A stretch of DNA of 64,000 nucleotides from Chloroflexota bacterium (GCA_964291655.2 OZ219802.1:1280001-1344000), one strand, 5' to 3'. Shown: positions 9,980 to 20,933, counted from the stretch's first letter. A program made the numbers and translations. The notes: a model not told the origin generated them from the letters alone.

Positions 9980-10340
9980 ACTCGTGCTCCTCGAGCTCGG
10001 CGGGCAATTGTCAGGCGGGAAGGATGTGCGAAACAGGGCACACTCTCAACGATGGAGAGTCCCTGCAACTGCGTGAGCCACCATTGAGGCATCTCCCTGT
10101 GCAACGCGCTGACAGCTTCTCATGCGGGGCCTGGATCAAGCCTACCACGCGACTATTGTTCCTTCAATTGCACCCTGTAGGGCGCCGGGAACCTTGATTT
10201 GCCCCTAGTCAGAAAAGAAATTTCTTCACCGCGTCCGAACTGGAATCTGCCCGACAAGACCCGGACCGCAAGGTGGCGTTCTGACCCTGACACGAGTACG
10301 CTAAGGAAGTTACTGACACAACAGGATTGGGGGTGTTGCA

Positions 10341-11276
10341 TTGCCACAAGACTTTCTTGACCGCTTGCGGCGGGGACCGGTGCTTGGCGATGGCGGGTAC
10401 TTCTTGGAGCTTGAACGCCGCTGCCTTGGCAGTTACGGGGGAGGCGTGCCGCTGGCCGTGCTCGACCACCCCGACGGCGTCTTGGAACTTCATCGCGAGT
10501 TCGCCCGAGCGGGCGCGGAAGTCCTGCAGGCCATGGCGTGGGGCGTGGGCAGGATAGACCGCGAAGAGGAGTTGCACCGCACGGCCGTGGCGCTGGCGCG
10601 TGAAGCCGCCGGACCGGACCGCTACGTGGCCGGCACCCTGAGTCCCTATTTCGGCAAGCGCCGCCCGCAACTCTCTGCCGCCGACCGTCAGGAGGTTGCC
10701 GCTTTCTTCGATCGGCGCATCGGGCAACAGGTGTCGGCCGGTGTCGATCTCTTCATCGTTGAGACCTTCCACACGGTAGCTGAGGCAAGCGTTGCCATCC
10801 CTTTCATCAAGCAGGCCGGCATCCCCGCCGTCGTCACGCTCACGTACCAAGAGAACGACGTAACCCGCGACGGCCTCTCACCGGCGGAGGGAGCGCGCCA
10901 ACTCGTCGCTAACGGCGCCGACGTGGTGGGCATCAACTGTCACCGGCCGCCCCAGACCCTGCTCCCTCTGGCGCGCGAAGTGCGCCAGGCGGTGGATGTG
11001 CCCGTCTGCATACAGCCCACAGCCTACGAGCTGGAACCCGGCTCGGTGTATAACCGCGAGATCGTCGTGCCCGGCCTCTGGACAACCGTGGAACCACGCA
11101 TTCTTTCGCGGTTCGTCGCGGCAGAATACGCTAAGGAAGCGGCGGGGATCGGCATCGAATTCATCGGCGGCTGCTGCGGCATGCTCCCCTACCACATCCG
11201 TGCCATGGCCGACGCGCTGGGCAAACCCAGCACGCTCCCCGATAGACCGCGCGAGTATAGCGTCGACACCGCGTGA
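10341..11276 (+). CDS. Homocysteine S-methyltransferase family (BHMT-like)
   Basis: GDGGY, HREFARAGA, GINC and GGCCG zinc ligands. Confidence 0.9.
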   Translation: MPQDFLDRLRRGPVLGDGGYFLELERRCLGSYGGGVPLAVLDHPDGVLELHREFARAGAEVLQAMAWGVGRIDREEELHRTAVALAREAAGPDRYVAGTLSPYFGKRRPQLSAADRQEVAAFFDRRIGQQVSAGVDLFIVETFHTVAEASVAIPFIKQAGIPAVVTLTYQENDVTRDGLSPAEGARQLVANGADVVGINCHRPPQTLLPLAREVRQAVDVPVCIQPTAYELEPGSVYNREIVVPGLWTTVEPRILSRFVAAEYAKEAAGIGIEFIGGCCGMLPYHIRAMADALGKPSTLPDRPREYSVDTA

Positions 11277-11343
11277 TGAGCGAGCAAGAACGGGCCACCT
11301 GCGGGACGTACGCACGCGTCAGAAGCTGGAGGCACAAATCGAA

Positions 11344-11703
11344 GTGAGGCTGAGCGAATTCGACATCCTCCGGCTGCTGCGGGCGACGAAGCACGCCTTG
11401 AGAGGGTTCGGTGACGCCATTCGCGGCCAGGTTTCCATTCGACAGGAAGTAATCATAATCCTGGTCGGGACTCCGCTCGCTCTCTGGCTGGGAGATAGCG
11501 GTGTCGAGCGCGCGCTCATGATAGGCACGCTGCTCCTCATTCTCCTAACTGAACTACTGAACGCGGCGATCGAGACGACGATCGATCGCATCGGCCCCGA
11601 ACACCACGAACTCTCCCGCAAAGCCAAGGACATGGCCGCTGCCGCAGTGCTGGTTTCGCTCATCATGGCGGCCATAGTCTGGTTGCTCATTCTGCTCGAT
11701 TGA
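11344..11703 (+). CDS. dgkA: Diacylglycerol kinase (prokaryotic, membrane)
   Basis: ELLNAAIETTIDRIG...LSRKAKDMAAAAVL; start uncertain. Confidence 0.9.
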   Translation: MRLSEFDILRLLRATKHALRGFGDAIRGQVSIRQEVIIILVGTPLALWLGDSGVERALMIGTLLLILLTELLNAAIETTIDRIGPEHHELSRKAKDMAAAAVLVSLIMAAIVWLLILLD

Positions 11704-11746
11704 GCGCAGCAATGGCTTGCGTTGCATTCTGGTAGCCGGAAAGAGT

Positions 11747-12796
11747 CTAGTAGTCGAGTACGACCGCCAGTGCCTCGTCGGGATGGTCGATGAGGAGGTC
11801 GACAGCCTTTGGCGCTTCTGCGAAGGAAAAGCGGTGCGTGAGCAGCGGGCCGACGTCTATCTGGCCGGAAGCCTGCATCCCCAGCAACGCATAGAGGTTA
11901 CGCTCCTGGTCCCATTGCACGAAACGGTTCGGATAGTCCATTCGCGCATTTAAATAATCCTGGTCGCGGCTGCCGGGCCCGCGGCCGAACACCCAGCGGA
12001 TGTCGATCTCCTTGGTGTGGGGGTTGGCATCGGGGTGCCCGACGGTGAAGTCCGGCACGAGACCGCCAATCATCATCACCCGACCGCTGGGCCGCACCAA
12101 ATGCACGCCCAAGCGTCCCGGCTCCGGCCCGCCGCCGGCTGCCACAAACGACGCGTCCGCGCCCAAACCGCACGTGTAGTCCGCCACCGCCGCGGCCACT
12201 GTATCGGCGTCGCCTTGCAATGCCAGGTCTACGCCCAGCTCCCGCGCCTTCTCCAAGCGGAAGGGAATAAGGTCGATGCCAATGGCCTGGCCACCCATCA
12301 TCCGCACCATCTGCACGATCATCTGACCCACCAGTCCCAGACCGATCACCGCCGCCGTTTCGCCCGGCAGGAATTGCGCGCGGCGCAGCGCGTGCAGTGC
12401 CGTGAGACCGATGTTCGCCGTCGCGGCTTCCGCCGTGTCCAAGTTGTCCGGAATCTTGGCGAAGTTGTGCCTAATCACAAACGCCCGCTCGGCATGCGGC
12501 GCAAAACCGCCGCCCACGGCCACCACGCGGTCGCCCGGCGCAACATGCGACTCTAAATCAGGTGAAACTGCCACGACCTTGCCCGCCGACTGGTAGCTCA
12601 TGGGACGTTCGTGCACCTCGCCGGGTTCGCTGCCTGCTTGCGTGGCCTGGCGCGCTTTGCCCACACCGCCCACCTCTGAGCCGGTGCCGAGCACCGATAC
12701 GGTCGTCTCCATGAGCACGCCGGTCTCTCCAAGCTCCGGCTCCGGCACTTCTTTCAGGTAAGTCTCACCTCGATTGTTTGCGTACAACGCGCGCAT
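11747..12796 (-). CDS. Medium-chain (MDR) zinc-binding dehydrogenase family
   Basis: GroES-like N-domain, GLGLVG Rossmann motif, LLTHRF C-terminal motif. Confidence 0.85.
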   Translation of the reverse strand: MRALYANNRGETYLKEVPEPELGETGVLMETTVSVLGTGSEVGGVGKARQATQAGSEPGEVHERPMSYQSAGKVVAVSPDLESHVAPGDRVVAVGGGFAPHAERAFVIRHNFAKIPDNLDTAEAATANIGLTALHALRRAQFLPGETAAVIGLGLVGQMIVQMVRMMGGQAIGIDLIPFRLEKARELGVDLALQGDADTVAAAVADYTCGLGADASFVAAGGGPEPGRLGVHLVRPSGRVMMIGGLVPDFTVGHPDANPHTKEIDIRWVFGRGPGSRDQDYLNARMDYPNRFVQWDQERNLYALLGMQASGQIDVGPLLTHRFSFAEAPKAVDLLIDHPDEALAVVLDY

Positions 12797-12877
12797 GTGG
12801 CCTCCCTTTGGGTTCGCAGTTCGTATCTACAGTAGTCTTGAATTTGGATAGATTCGCACCCACGTCGGAATTGCAAG

Positions 12878-13376
12878 TGTCAGGTAATTCGTTGACAGAA
12901 TCTCCTATTCACTAGACAGTATCAATCTTACCTATCATTCCTGAATGTGTTGAGTATTTCGTTGACAGAGTCCTTCCCCCACTTGACAGTATTGACAATT
13001 CATGTCATTCCGAGCGGAGCGTCGAACCCTGTTCGCGGAATCTGGAGTCCTTACGGTATGTCGCCTAATAGCCTTAGCATCTTAGATTCCGCGCTCTTAG
13101 CGACACTTCGCTGCGCTCCGTTCGGAATTGTAAGTGTTGAGTAATTCGTTGACAGTATTCTCTCCCAAATTGGCAGTGTTGACAGATCATGTCATTCCGA
13201 GCGGAGCGAGGAATCTAGGGCCCATGCAACGTGTCGCCCAATAGGCTCAACATCCTAGATTCCGCGCTCTTAGCGACTCTTCGCTGCGCTTCGTTCGGAA
13301 TGACATGTGTACTAGTCATGTCTAACTCTGCGAAAGGTTGCTTTTGTTCTCAAGTCTGTCAACGAATTACCTGACA
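12878..13376. mobile_element. MITE/REPIN-like element with perfect 22-bp terminal inverted repeats
   Basis: TGTCAGGTAATTCGTTGACAGA (12878-12899) vs TCTGTCAACGAATTACCTGACA (13355-13376); internal 187-bp direct repeats containing GTCATTCCGAGCGGAGC palindromes; non-coding. Confidence 0.7.
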
Positions 13377-13504
13377 TTTACAGGAATGACATGGGATCAA
13401 GACTCCCGGGCGAGGCAAAAAAGGAACCTGCCTACATAATCTTGGCAATGACTACGTGCAACCCCTGTCGTTGCATGCCGTCTCCTGTCCACCTGCTGCG
13501 CTTG

Positions 13505-15076
13505 CTACGAAGTCGCCGGCCACCGCCATGCGGATTGACGTCGCACAACGGCATCCCATGCTGCCGTGAATTCGGCCCGCCGCTCAGGGGACACGTAGGA
13601 ATAGCTCGGCGTGGGCATGCCGGGGATCTGGACCAGCGGCGGTTCTTCCGCTTCCCATTCGTCCAGCCGAGTCGCCAGCGCCTGCAGCACTGACTTGTGC
13701 GCCGGATCGTCAGCCAAATTGTGCATCTCCAACGGGTCATTTGCCATGTCAAAGAGTTCCCACCGCGTGAGGAAGTCTGCTCCGTAATCGATCAGCTTGT
13801 ATTCAGGCGTGCGCAGCATGCGCTGGGTGCCCAGCATGTACGCTTCCTGCCGCGTGTACGGCACACCGAGCATCCAGGAGAAGGCTTCATCCGGCCAATT
13901 GGCGCTATTTCCGGCGCACAGCGGCGCGAGACTCTTGCCCTGAACGCCCTGCGGGACCGGCAGCCCGCAGAGATCGAGCACCGTCGGCACAATGTCCACG
14001 TGACCCGTTACCTCATCCACCACACGGCCCGGAGTCAGCGACGGGAACACCGACTCAGGCGCCTGCACAATCAACGGTACGTGGCTGGCGCCTTCGTACA
14101 TCACCTGCTTATACATGCGGCCGTGGTCGCCCATCATGTCGCCGTGATCGGAGAGGAAGAGGATGATCGTATTGTCCTTCAGGCCGCGCCTCTCGAGTTC
14201 TGCTAAGACGATGCCGATGTCGTGGTCGACGTGTGTGGTGGCCGCGTAGTAGATTGCCGTTATCTCGCGCAGCATCGCCGGGTCGTCGATCAGGTGAGCG
14301 ACTTCTTGCGTGCCGCGGGCATTCCGGCGCAGTCCGCTGATCTCGGGTGGGATGTCAGGCAACGCAATGGAATCCCGATCGTACATCGAGTAATACGGTT
14401 CCGGCTCGACAAAGGGTGAGTGGGGATCGTGATAACTGGAGAAGAGGAACCACGGCTTGCCGGACTGCTCCAGCAGGTCGAGAGCCTCGAGAGTCTGTCT
14501 GGTAATCCAGCTCGTATCATTGTCTTCTGGTGGATCGGCGAATAATCCCACGCCGCGCCCATGCGGATCGCCCGGCCACCGGCAGGTGCCTTCTGCAATC
14601 CTGTCGCGCTTCCACGCGCCGTGCTTGTCTTTCATATACGCCTCGTAGCCCCGTTCCGGCGTAGGCCCTTCGGCGCGAAACGTGCGGAAGTCATCAAAGC
14701 CAAACGAATCTTCCTTGGGATCGAAGTGCAGCTTGCCCGCAATCGCCGTCGCATAGCCGTAGTGCTGCATGATGGACGGCAAGAAAACCTCACCGTCCCG
14801 CGTAGGCAGACCGTTCCAATTGCCCTCGTGGACGGGGACATGGCGGCCGTTGAAAACAGAATATCGCGCCGGTGTGCAGATCGGCGCCGCGCTGTAAAAG
14901 TTCGCGAAGCGCACGCCCCGTTCAGCCAAGGCATCGAGCACCGGCGTCCGGCAAACGGGATGCCCCGCGCAACTGAGCAGGTCCCACCGCATCTGGTCTG
15001 TCATGAGTATGAGCACGTTCGGCAGCTGCTCGCCTCCGCCATGCTCGCCTTGCCCGTTGCCGGTTTGCTCATTCAC
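13505..15076 (-). CDS. Sulfatase (FGly-dependent, choline/aryl-sulfatase-like)
   Basis: PNVLILMTDQ, CTPAR (CxPxR), GKLH, HDPH, SDHGD. Confidence 0.93.
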   Translation of the reverse strand: MNEQTGNGQGEHGGGEQLPNVLILMTDQMRWDLLSCAGHPVCRTPVLDALAERGVRFANFYSAAPICTPARYSVFNGRHVPVHEGNWNGLPTRDGEVFLPSIMQHYGYATAIAGKLHFDPKEDSFGFDDFRTFRAEGPTPERGYEAYMKDKHGAWKRDRIAEGTCRWPGDPHGRGVGLFADPPEDNDTSWITRQTLEALDLLEQSGKPWFLFSSYHDPHSPFVEPEPYYSMYDRDSIALPDIPPEISGLRRNARGTQEVAHLIDDPAMLREITAIYYAATTHVDHDIGIVLAELERRGLKDNTIILFLSDHGDMMGDHGRMYKQVMYEGASHVPLIVQAPESVFPSLTPGRVVDEVTGHVDIVPTVLDLCGLPVPQGVQGKSLAPLCAGNSANWPDEAFSWMLGVPYTRQEAYMLGTQRMLRTPEYKLIDYGADFLTRWELFDMANDPLEMHNLADDPAHKSVLQALATRLDEWEAEEPPLVQIPGMPTPSYSYVSPERRAEFTAAWDAVVRRQSAWRWPATS

Positions 15077-15159
15077 ATTGAGACTCCTTAGAGCTTGTAT
15101 GTGATCTTCTCAGGAGGGTGCTTGCATAGTCCAAGCAGAGTCGTTGGCGCCGATCCTGC

Positions 15160-15325
15160 CTGCCCTGAGCCTGCTGCCGTTCGTGCTGAGCCTGTCGAAG
15201 TATGTACGGCAGCGCGCTCGTACACTGCCGTTCCCGCAATGCCGCAACATACACTCTTCGACAAAGCCTGTGCTGAGCCTGTCGAAGTACTCAGAGCCTG
15301 CCCCGTACTGGTTTCGGGGTCGAAC
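15160..15325. repeat. Cluster of REP-like repeats (CTGAGCCTGTCGAAG; AGAGCCTGCCCCGTAC)
   Basis: Multiple copies; related blocks at 18705-18800, 55425-55470 and 61385-61430. Confidence 0.7.
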
Positions 15326-15393
15326 GTCGTTCGAACAGACTCCACCATCGTAGATAGGCTCTTTGCGGATTGCGTGCCTACCTAATTGCTGCA

Positions 15394-16953
15394 CTACTGC
15401 GTATTGGACGAAGCCTGCGGCCAGCGCCGCGCCGCCGACCGGCGCATGTTGGCCTCCCAAGCCGCGTACATTGCCGCGCGGCGTTCTGCAGGGAGGTATG
15501 AATAGCTCGGTGTGGGCATGCCGGGCACGCTTATCGGTGGCGGTACATCGGCCTGCCACGCATCCAGCCGCGCCGCCAGCGCACTCAGAACGGAACCGTA
15601 CGCAGGGTCGTCGGCGAGGTTGTGCGTCTCTGCAGGGTCGTCGGCCATGTTGAAAAGCTCCCACTGTTTGCGGAAGTCCGCGCCGTAGTCAATTAACTTG
15701 TACTCTGGCGTGCGTAACATTCGTTTCTTGCCGACCATGTACGCTTCCTGGCGCACGAACGGCGCGGCCCGTACCGCTGCGAACGCCTCATTGGGCCAAC
15801 CGGCCGTCTCGCCCGCGCACAGCGGCACGAGGCTCTTGCCCTGCACGCCCTGTGGGACGGGGAGGCCGCAGAGTTCGAGTACGGTCGGCAGAATGTCCAC
15901 CTGGCCGGTGATCTCGTCAACCACGCGACCCGGCGTCACTGCCGGATGGATGGACTCCGGAATCTGCAGAACGAGCGGCACGTGCGCCGCGCCTTCATAC
16001 ATCACCTGTTTATTCATGCGGCCGCGGTCGCCCATCATGTCGCCATGGTCGGAGAGAAAGAGCACGATGGTGTTGTCCGCCAGGCCACGTTCTTCAAGAG
16101 CGGCCAAGAGTACGCCGATATCGTGGTCCACGTGCGTCGTGGATGCATAGTAGATGGCCGTGATCGATTGCACAACCTCGGGATCGTCGATCACGTGGGC
16201 GCGTTCCTGGGTGCCGCGGGCGTCCCGCCGCAGCCTGCCTATTTCGGGCGGAATTTCACGCAGCGGGATGGATTCCCGAGCGTACATAGAAAAGTACGGT
16301 TCCGGCTCGACGAAGGGCGAGTGCGGATCATGGTAGCTGGCAAAGAGAAACCACGGCTTGCCACTCTGTTCAAGCCCATCAAGGGCCTCCAGGGACTGAG
16401 CCGTAATCCAGTTTGTATCGTAATCTTCCGGCGGATCGGCAAAACGCCCCACGCCCTTGCCCCCGGTGCCTTCCTCGATCCTATCGCGGGTGTACTCACC
16501 GTACTTTCGCGTCATATGGGCGTTGTAGCCGCGTTCCGGTGTCGGGCCCTCGGCGCGGAACGAACGAAAGTCGTCAAAGCCGAATGAGTCTTCCCTGGGC
16601 GCGAAGTGCAGCTTGCCGGCGATGGCTGTGGCGTAGCCGTAGTGCTTCAGGATAGACGGAAGGAAAACTTCGCCATCCTGCGTGGGCCAGCCGTTGCTCC
16701 AGCCCTTATGGACGTGCACGTGCCGTCCACTGAAGATCGAGTAGCGGGCGGGGGTACACGTCGGGGCAGCGGTGTAAAAGTTCGCGAAACGCACGCCCCG
16801 TGCCGCCATGGCGTCGAGCACCGGCGTTCGGCATATTGGATGACCTGCGCAACTGAGCACGTCCCAGCGCATTTGGTCCGCCATGATGAACAGCACGTTT
16901 GGTTGCTTGTGGTCGGAGTTGCCGCTTTTGCCCTCGGCGCTAAGTTTGTTCAC
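15394..16953 (-). CDS. Sulfatase, tandem paralog of 13505-15076
   Basis: Same motifs (CTPAR, GKLH, SDHGD); long near-identical stretches with the neighbour. Confidence 0.93.
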   Translation of the reverse strand: MNKLSAEGKSGNSDHKQPNVLFIMADQMRWDVLSCAGHPICRTPVLDAMAARGVRFANFYTAAPTCTPARYSIFSGRHVHVHKGWSNGWPTQDGEVFLPSILKHYGYATAIAGKLHFAPREDSFGFDDFRSFRAEGPTPERGYNAHMTRKYGEYTRDRIEEGTGGKGVGRFADPPEDYDTNWITAQSLEALDGLEQSGKPWFLFASYHDPHSPFVEPEPYFSMYARESIPLREIPPEIGRLRRDARGTQERAHVIDDPEVVQSITAIYYASTTHVDHDIGVLLAALEERGLADNTIVLFLSDHGDMMGDRGRMNKQVMYEGAAHVPLVLQIPESIHPAVTPGRVVDEITGQVDILPTVLELCGLPVPQGVQGKSLVPLCAGETAGWPNEAFAAVRAAPFVRQEAYMVGKKRMLRTPEYKLIDYGADFRKQWELFNMADDPAETHNLADDPAYGSVLSALAARLDAWQADVPPPISVPGMPTPSYSYLPAERRAAMYAAWEANMRRSAARRWPQASSNTQ

Positions 16954-17033
16954 AGATGACCTCGCTCGCTTTAGCGTCGAACGCGTGCGCTCTTGTGAAG
17001 TCGTGCCGGTTCACTGGTTTACAATTGCTCCCT

Positions 17034-17183
17034 GTAGCGCGGGGGCTCGTCCCCCGCTCGGTATGGGGTCGCTCTAATGCGGATAAGATGGATTCCGTGC
17101 CCCCGCACGGGGGCGAGCATTCGCGGGAATGACGAATTCTGTCTTTCCCCTCTTCTTTGTAGCGCGGGGGCTTGTCCCCCGCC
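17034..17183. repeat. REP-like cluster (GTAGCGCGGGGGCTTGTCCCCCGC and GATTCC...GGGAATGAC families)
   Basis: Same motifs recur near 37208-37345, 49560-49720, 50990, 52048, 57030 and 63776-64000. Confidence 0.8.
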
Positions 17184-17197
17184 ATGTCCGTGCCTTT

Positions 17198-18520
17198 TCA
17201 CGTAATAAGATTCTCTTGCCCTAGCCCAAAGAACTCATTGGCATTGTCGTGCAGCAACCGCGCGCCGACAATTCTGGCTTGATCAATAGAATAGAGCCCC
17301 TCTTCCACCTTCTCGCTCAGCACGCGCGCGACATTCTCCCGCGCCATCACACTGTGGCCGTACGCCAACTCGACAGGTCCATAGTCGCCGCCAAAGCCGA
17401 ATATCTTGTTGTGGGGTATCGTTTCCAGCCATTCGTGCAAGGTGGCCCGCGCCACGTACGGGCTGATGATGTGCACCCAACAGAGATCGACGTAGACGTT
17501 TTGGAAATTCTTGCCGAGCGTAGCCAGCTCGCTTTGGTACGGGTAGCCCGCGTGGAAGATGTCAAAGCGCGCCTGTGGATACTGGATGAAGAGGTTCACC
17601 AGATGCGTCGGGTTACTGTTCGTGATGATGTTGCCATTACCGGCGTGGAGGCCGGTATGGATTTGCATCGGAATGCCATGGTCGATGCAAAGCCGCACCA
17701 CCTGGTGCAGCATATAGTCCTGCAGCGGCTTGCACTCCGTGAACGTCAAGCCGTCTTGGGTCATGCCATCGCCCTGTGGCCTGGTGCCGGCTGCTACCTG
17801 CGCGAAGATCTCCTCAGCGGCAGAACGAGGCACGTTGTCATACTGCAGGATGCGCCGGTAGGCCAGCCCGCTCTTGACCGTCACCATGCCCTCTGCTTTG
17901 GCTTTAACGAAGGCAACGCCCAGGGCAGACACGAGATCGTCCAGATCGTAAATGCTGCGTTCGGTCTGGCGTTCCAGTTCCGCAATGCCGCTGCGGCTGC
18001 TCACGCTTATGAACGAATCAAAGCGCATGGCCGGGGCAAACAGCGTCTTGTCCACCTGCGTCGATTGCACGTCGGGGATTGCCAGCACGATGTTCCCGCG
18101 CTCTTGCAGGATATGCCGGTACCATGCTTCATGCCGCTGCGAGGCGGTCAATTGTTCGTTGACGCTGCGGTAGCCCGCCAGCGACGGCTCAGCCGACATG
18201 AGGTCGTCCACCCCAAAGAGGTCGCGGCAGGCAATGTGCAACGCTTTGGCGTAGCCGGTGGTCTTGGCAAACTGCCAGTAACGCAGGAATACGTCCCAGC
18301 GGTCAGCGGGGTCGCGGCTTTGGTCGTACATCCGCGCCTGCTCGGCCGGGGTCAAACCGGCGGAAACCAGGTCGCTGCCCACGTAGTGGTGCATTTCGGT
18401 AGAGAGGAGATCGAGCGAACGCTGCCGCCGGTCTGCCTCGGAGAACGTATGCTCGTGGGTATCGATGACCGGCTGAGCCGCGATGAACTGTTCGATTTCC
18501 GGTACTGAAGCAATCGCCAT
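17198..18520 (-). CDS. Amidohydrolase superfamily protein (uronate-isomerase-like/amidohydro_2)
   Basis: IDTHEH, QIHTG, FHAGYP, FGGDY. Confidence 0.85.
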   Translation of the reverse strand: MAIASVPEIEQFIAAQPVIDTHEHTFSEADRRQRSLDLLSTEMHHYVGSDLVSAGLTPAEQARMYDQSRDPADRWDVFLRYWQFAKTTGYAKALHIACRDLFGVDDLMSAEPSLAGYRSVNEQLTASQRHEAWYRHILQERGNIVLAIPDVQSTQVDKTLFAPAMRFDSFISVSSRSGIAELERQTERSIYDLDDLVSALGVAFVKAKAEGMVTVKSGLAYRRILQYDNVPRSAAEEIFAQVAAGTRPQGDGMTQDGLTFTECKPLQDYMLHQVVRLCIDHGIPMQIHTGLHAGNGNIITNSNPTHLVNLFIQYPQARFDIFHAGYPYQSELATLGKNFQNVYVDLCWVHIISPYVARATLHEWLETIPHNKIFGFGGDYGPVELAYGHSVMARENVARVLSEKVEEGLYSIDQARIVGARLLHDNANEFFGLGQENLIT

Positions 18521-19043
18521 GGACTGGTCTCCTTGCGACTAAGTTCTGCCTTTGTACTCTACTTCTTCACCGTTATGCGTTCAAGCGGAAGTAACAGAAT
18601 GTTGTTGACTCCTGACCTGCCAGCAAGACACGTGGGTGTTTGCATCACCAGTTGTTATACTTTCACGATCATCCGTCATTACCAAGAAAATAGGCGATCA
18701 TACCGTTCGCCCCCGTATCGTGCGATACGCTGTATCGAGTACGGGGCAGGCTCTGAGTACTTCGACAGGCTCAGCACAGGCTTATCGAAGTATGAACGGA
18801 GAGATCGGAGTCACTTTTCATACCCTTGTGTGGCCTTAGCAAGGCCATGGTGATTCCCGCTTTCGCGGGAACCCATCTTTGTCTGCCGTCGAGCTTACCG
18901 GCTGGAATTCGAAATAGCCGTGTCGATTGTGCCGGACTTAATGTACGGAGATCCGTCTTGGTGTAATCTCTTTATGGATAACGCTGCAGGTCTTTGCGCA
19001 GCATTGCTTAGAGCCTACCGGGCAAAAACTGGAGCAATCGATC

Positions 19044-20807
19044 GTGCTGATATGGTCGGAACCGCCTGATTGGGACACCTGTGCCAGGGACGCTGGCATC
19101 GTCATTGACGAGGCGGGCGGGATGCGCCTCGCTACGAGCCATCTCATCACCCACGAGACCGGGGAGTTCTCTACCCAGCACGGCGAGGAACTCTTTCGCA
19201 ATGTCCAAGCCCAAGTCTCTTTCGCACTGGGCGAGACAATTCCCCATGGGGCCGATTGCTATTTCTTCGCCCGTGAAGAGCAGCACAATCGCTGGCCGCT
19301 CAAGGTGACGGTCAACGGTCACGGACAGACTCTTGGTCCCGGCACACCGCTGGCCGGTGAATTTGCCTGGTATCACCTGCGGCTACCGCGGCAACACCTG
19401 CGGCCCGGGCAGAATACCGTCCGCTTTGCCTGCGAAAGCCCCGCTGCCAACGCTTGGATACTCTCCGTTGACACCAGTGTTCCCTGTGCGCACAGCCGCA
19501 AGAGCACGGACGGCGGGCTGACCTGGAACGCCGCGGGGCTCGGCTTGGAAGGCGCATTGTCCGGCGAGTACGTGGTGCGACTGCGGGTGTGGGAGCATCC
19601 GGCGCAGGGGGCGATCACGAGTTCCATACTTGACGTGGAAACGGTGTTTCCGTCCGCACCGCTCGTCCTTCACTGGCACGCCGACACTCCGGCTGGAACG
19701 AGAGTGGCCTTGCGCTACCGCAGCGGAACGCTGCAAGACGTAGAGAATTCAGCTTGGCGCGACGTGGTGAATACCGCTGTGAGTGAAAATGAGCAGATGG
19801 ATTCCCCTCCCGAATCAGATGCGGGGCAGGCATCGCACAAGAGTGAAGAATTCGGGCAAGCCGAGTTTCCGAATCCCGTCGGCCCATGCGTGCAATGGCA
19901 AGCAGAGTTGCATTCCAGCGACGGGAGCGAGTCGCCAGTCCTGCGGGGCATGGCGCTTCTTCCCAAAGACGCCAGTTCTGACGAGACCAAACCCGTGGGC
20001 GAGCTGTCTTGTGCTGAGAGCAAAACCATATCTTCTTACACTTTCACCCACCAAGATCCGGCGGAGCCGAAGTTAGGTGTCCTCCGCAATCAGGAGAGAC
20101 TTGACGAGATCATCGCCGGAGCGGGGACGCAGTGGGAGCAGATGCTGGCGCTGCGGGCTTGGGTAGCGGTGCAGTGGGTGCACCGGGCGCCGCATGAGTT
20201 CCGGCGCTGCTGTCCCTGGGATGCCCTGTCGATATTGGATTGGATGCGCGCCGACCGTGGCCACGGCCAGCCCCAACCCGACGCCTACTGCACACACTAC
20301 GCGGTGGTTTTGGCACAGTGCGCTCTGGCACTGGGCTGGCGGGCGCGGCTCTGGGTGATGTCCGCTGAGCCGACACTCCACGACAACGGGCATTTTGTGG
20401 CGGAGATCTGGAGCACAGAGCATGCTAAGTGGGTGATGCACGACGCCGATACCGATTCGCACGTCGAGCGCGGCGGCGTCCCGCTTAGCGTGCTAGAAAT
20501 ACATGATGCCTGGCGGGTGGGCGCTCTCGATAAGTTGGACGTCGTTGCCGGTGTGAACGCCGGCAAGGTCAAAATCGGCCCCGACTGGATCGAGGAAATG
20601 CTGCCCCGCGGCCTTTACCGCTTCTGCGGTCTCGTGCTGCGCAACAATCACCTCTCAACCCTCATCCCGGGGCCGGTGGAGCACGGCTGGACCACGTACA
20701 AGTGGGATGGCTTCCTCTGGTGGCGGGACGGACCGGAACCGGAACTGCTGTTCTTCTCGCTGTCCTCCAACCGGCGGGCAGACTTCTCTGGGGAGCCGGA
20801 AGGGTAG
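19044..20807 (+). CDS. Multidomain protein with C-terminal transglutaminase-like domain
   Basis: Cys-His-Asp triad context AYCTHYA / GHFVAEIW / WVMHDAD; N-terminal beta-rich region. Confidence 0.7.
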   Translation: MLIWSEPPDWDTCARDAGIVIDEAGGMRLATSHLITHETGEFSTQHGEELFRNVQAQVSFALGETIPHGADCYFFAREEQHNRWPLKVTVNGHGQTLGPGTPLAGEFAWYHLRLPRQHLRPGQNTVRFACESPAANAWILSVDTSVPCAHSRKSTDGGLTWNAAGLGLEGALSGEYVVRLRVWEHPAQGAITSSILDVETVFPSAPLVLHWHADTPAGTRVALRYRSGTLQDVENSAWRDVVNTAVSENEQMDSPPESDAGQASHKSEEFGQAEFPNPVGPCVQWQAELHSSDGSESPVLRGMALLPKDASSDETKPVGELSCAESKTISSYTFTHQDPAEPKLGVLRNQERLDEIIAGAGTQWEQMLALRAWVAVQWVHRAPHEFRRCCPWDALSILDWMRADRGHGQPQPDAYCTHYAVVLAQCALALGWRARLWVMSAEPTLHDNGHFVAEIWSTEHAKWVMHDADTDSHVERGGVPLSVLEIHDAWRVGALDKLDVVAGVNAGKVKIGPDWIEEMLPRGLYRFCGLVLRNNHLSTLIPGPVEHGWTTYKWDGFLWWRDGPEPELLFFSLSSNRRADFSGEPEG

Positions 20808-20933
20808 CGTTAATTCCGCGCTACGCCTGCCCCGCAGAAGTTTCGGCGGTGGCGTCCAGACATCAGGCCAATTGGGCACGCGCGCGTGAACATGCCGGCG
20901 GGAGACGCAGGCTGCAAACCTGCGCTACCGGAG

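Noticed and set aside
10020-10335. Cobalamin or SAM riboswitch upstream of the homocysteine methyltransferase
   Set aside because: Only fragments such as CCCTGCAACTG resemble the consensus, and core elements were not found by eye. An Rfam scan would settle it.
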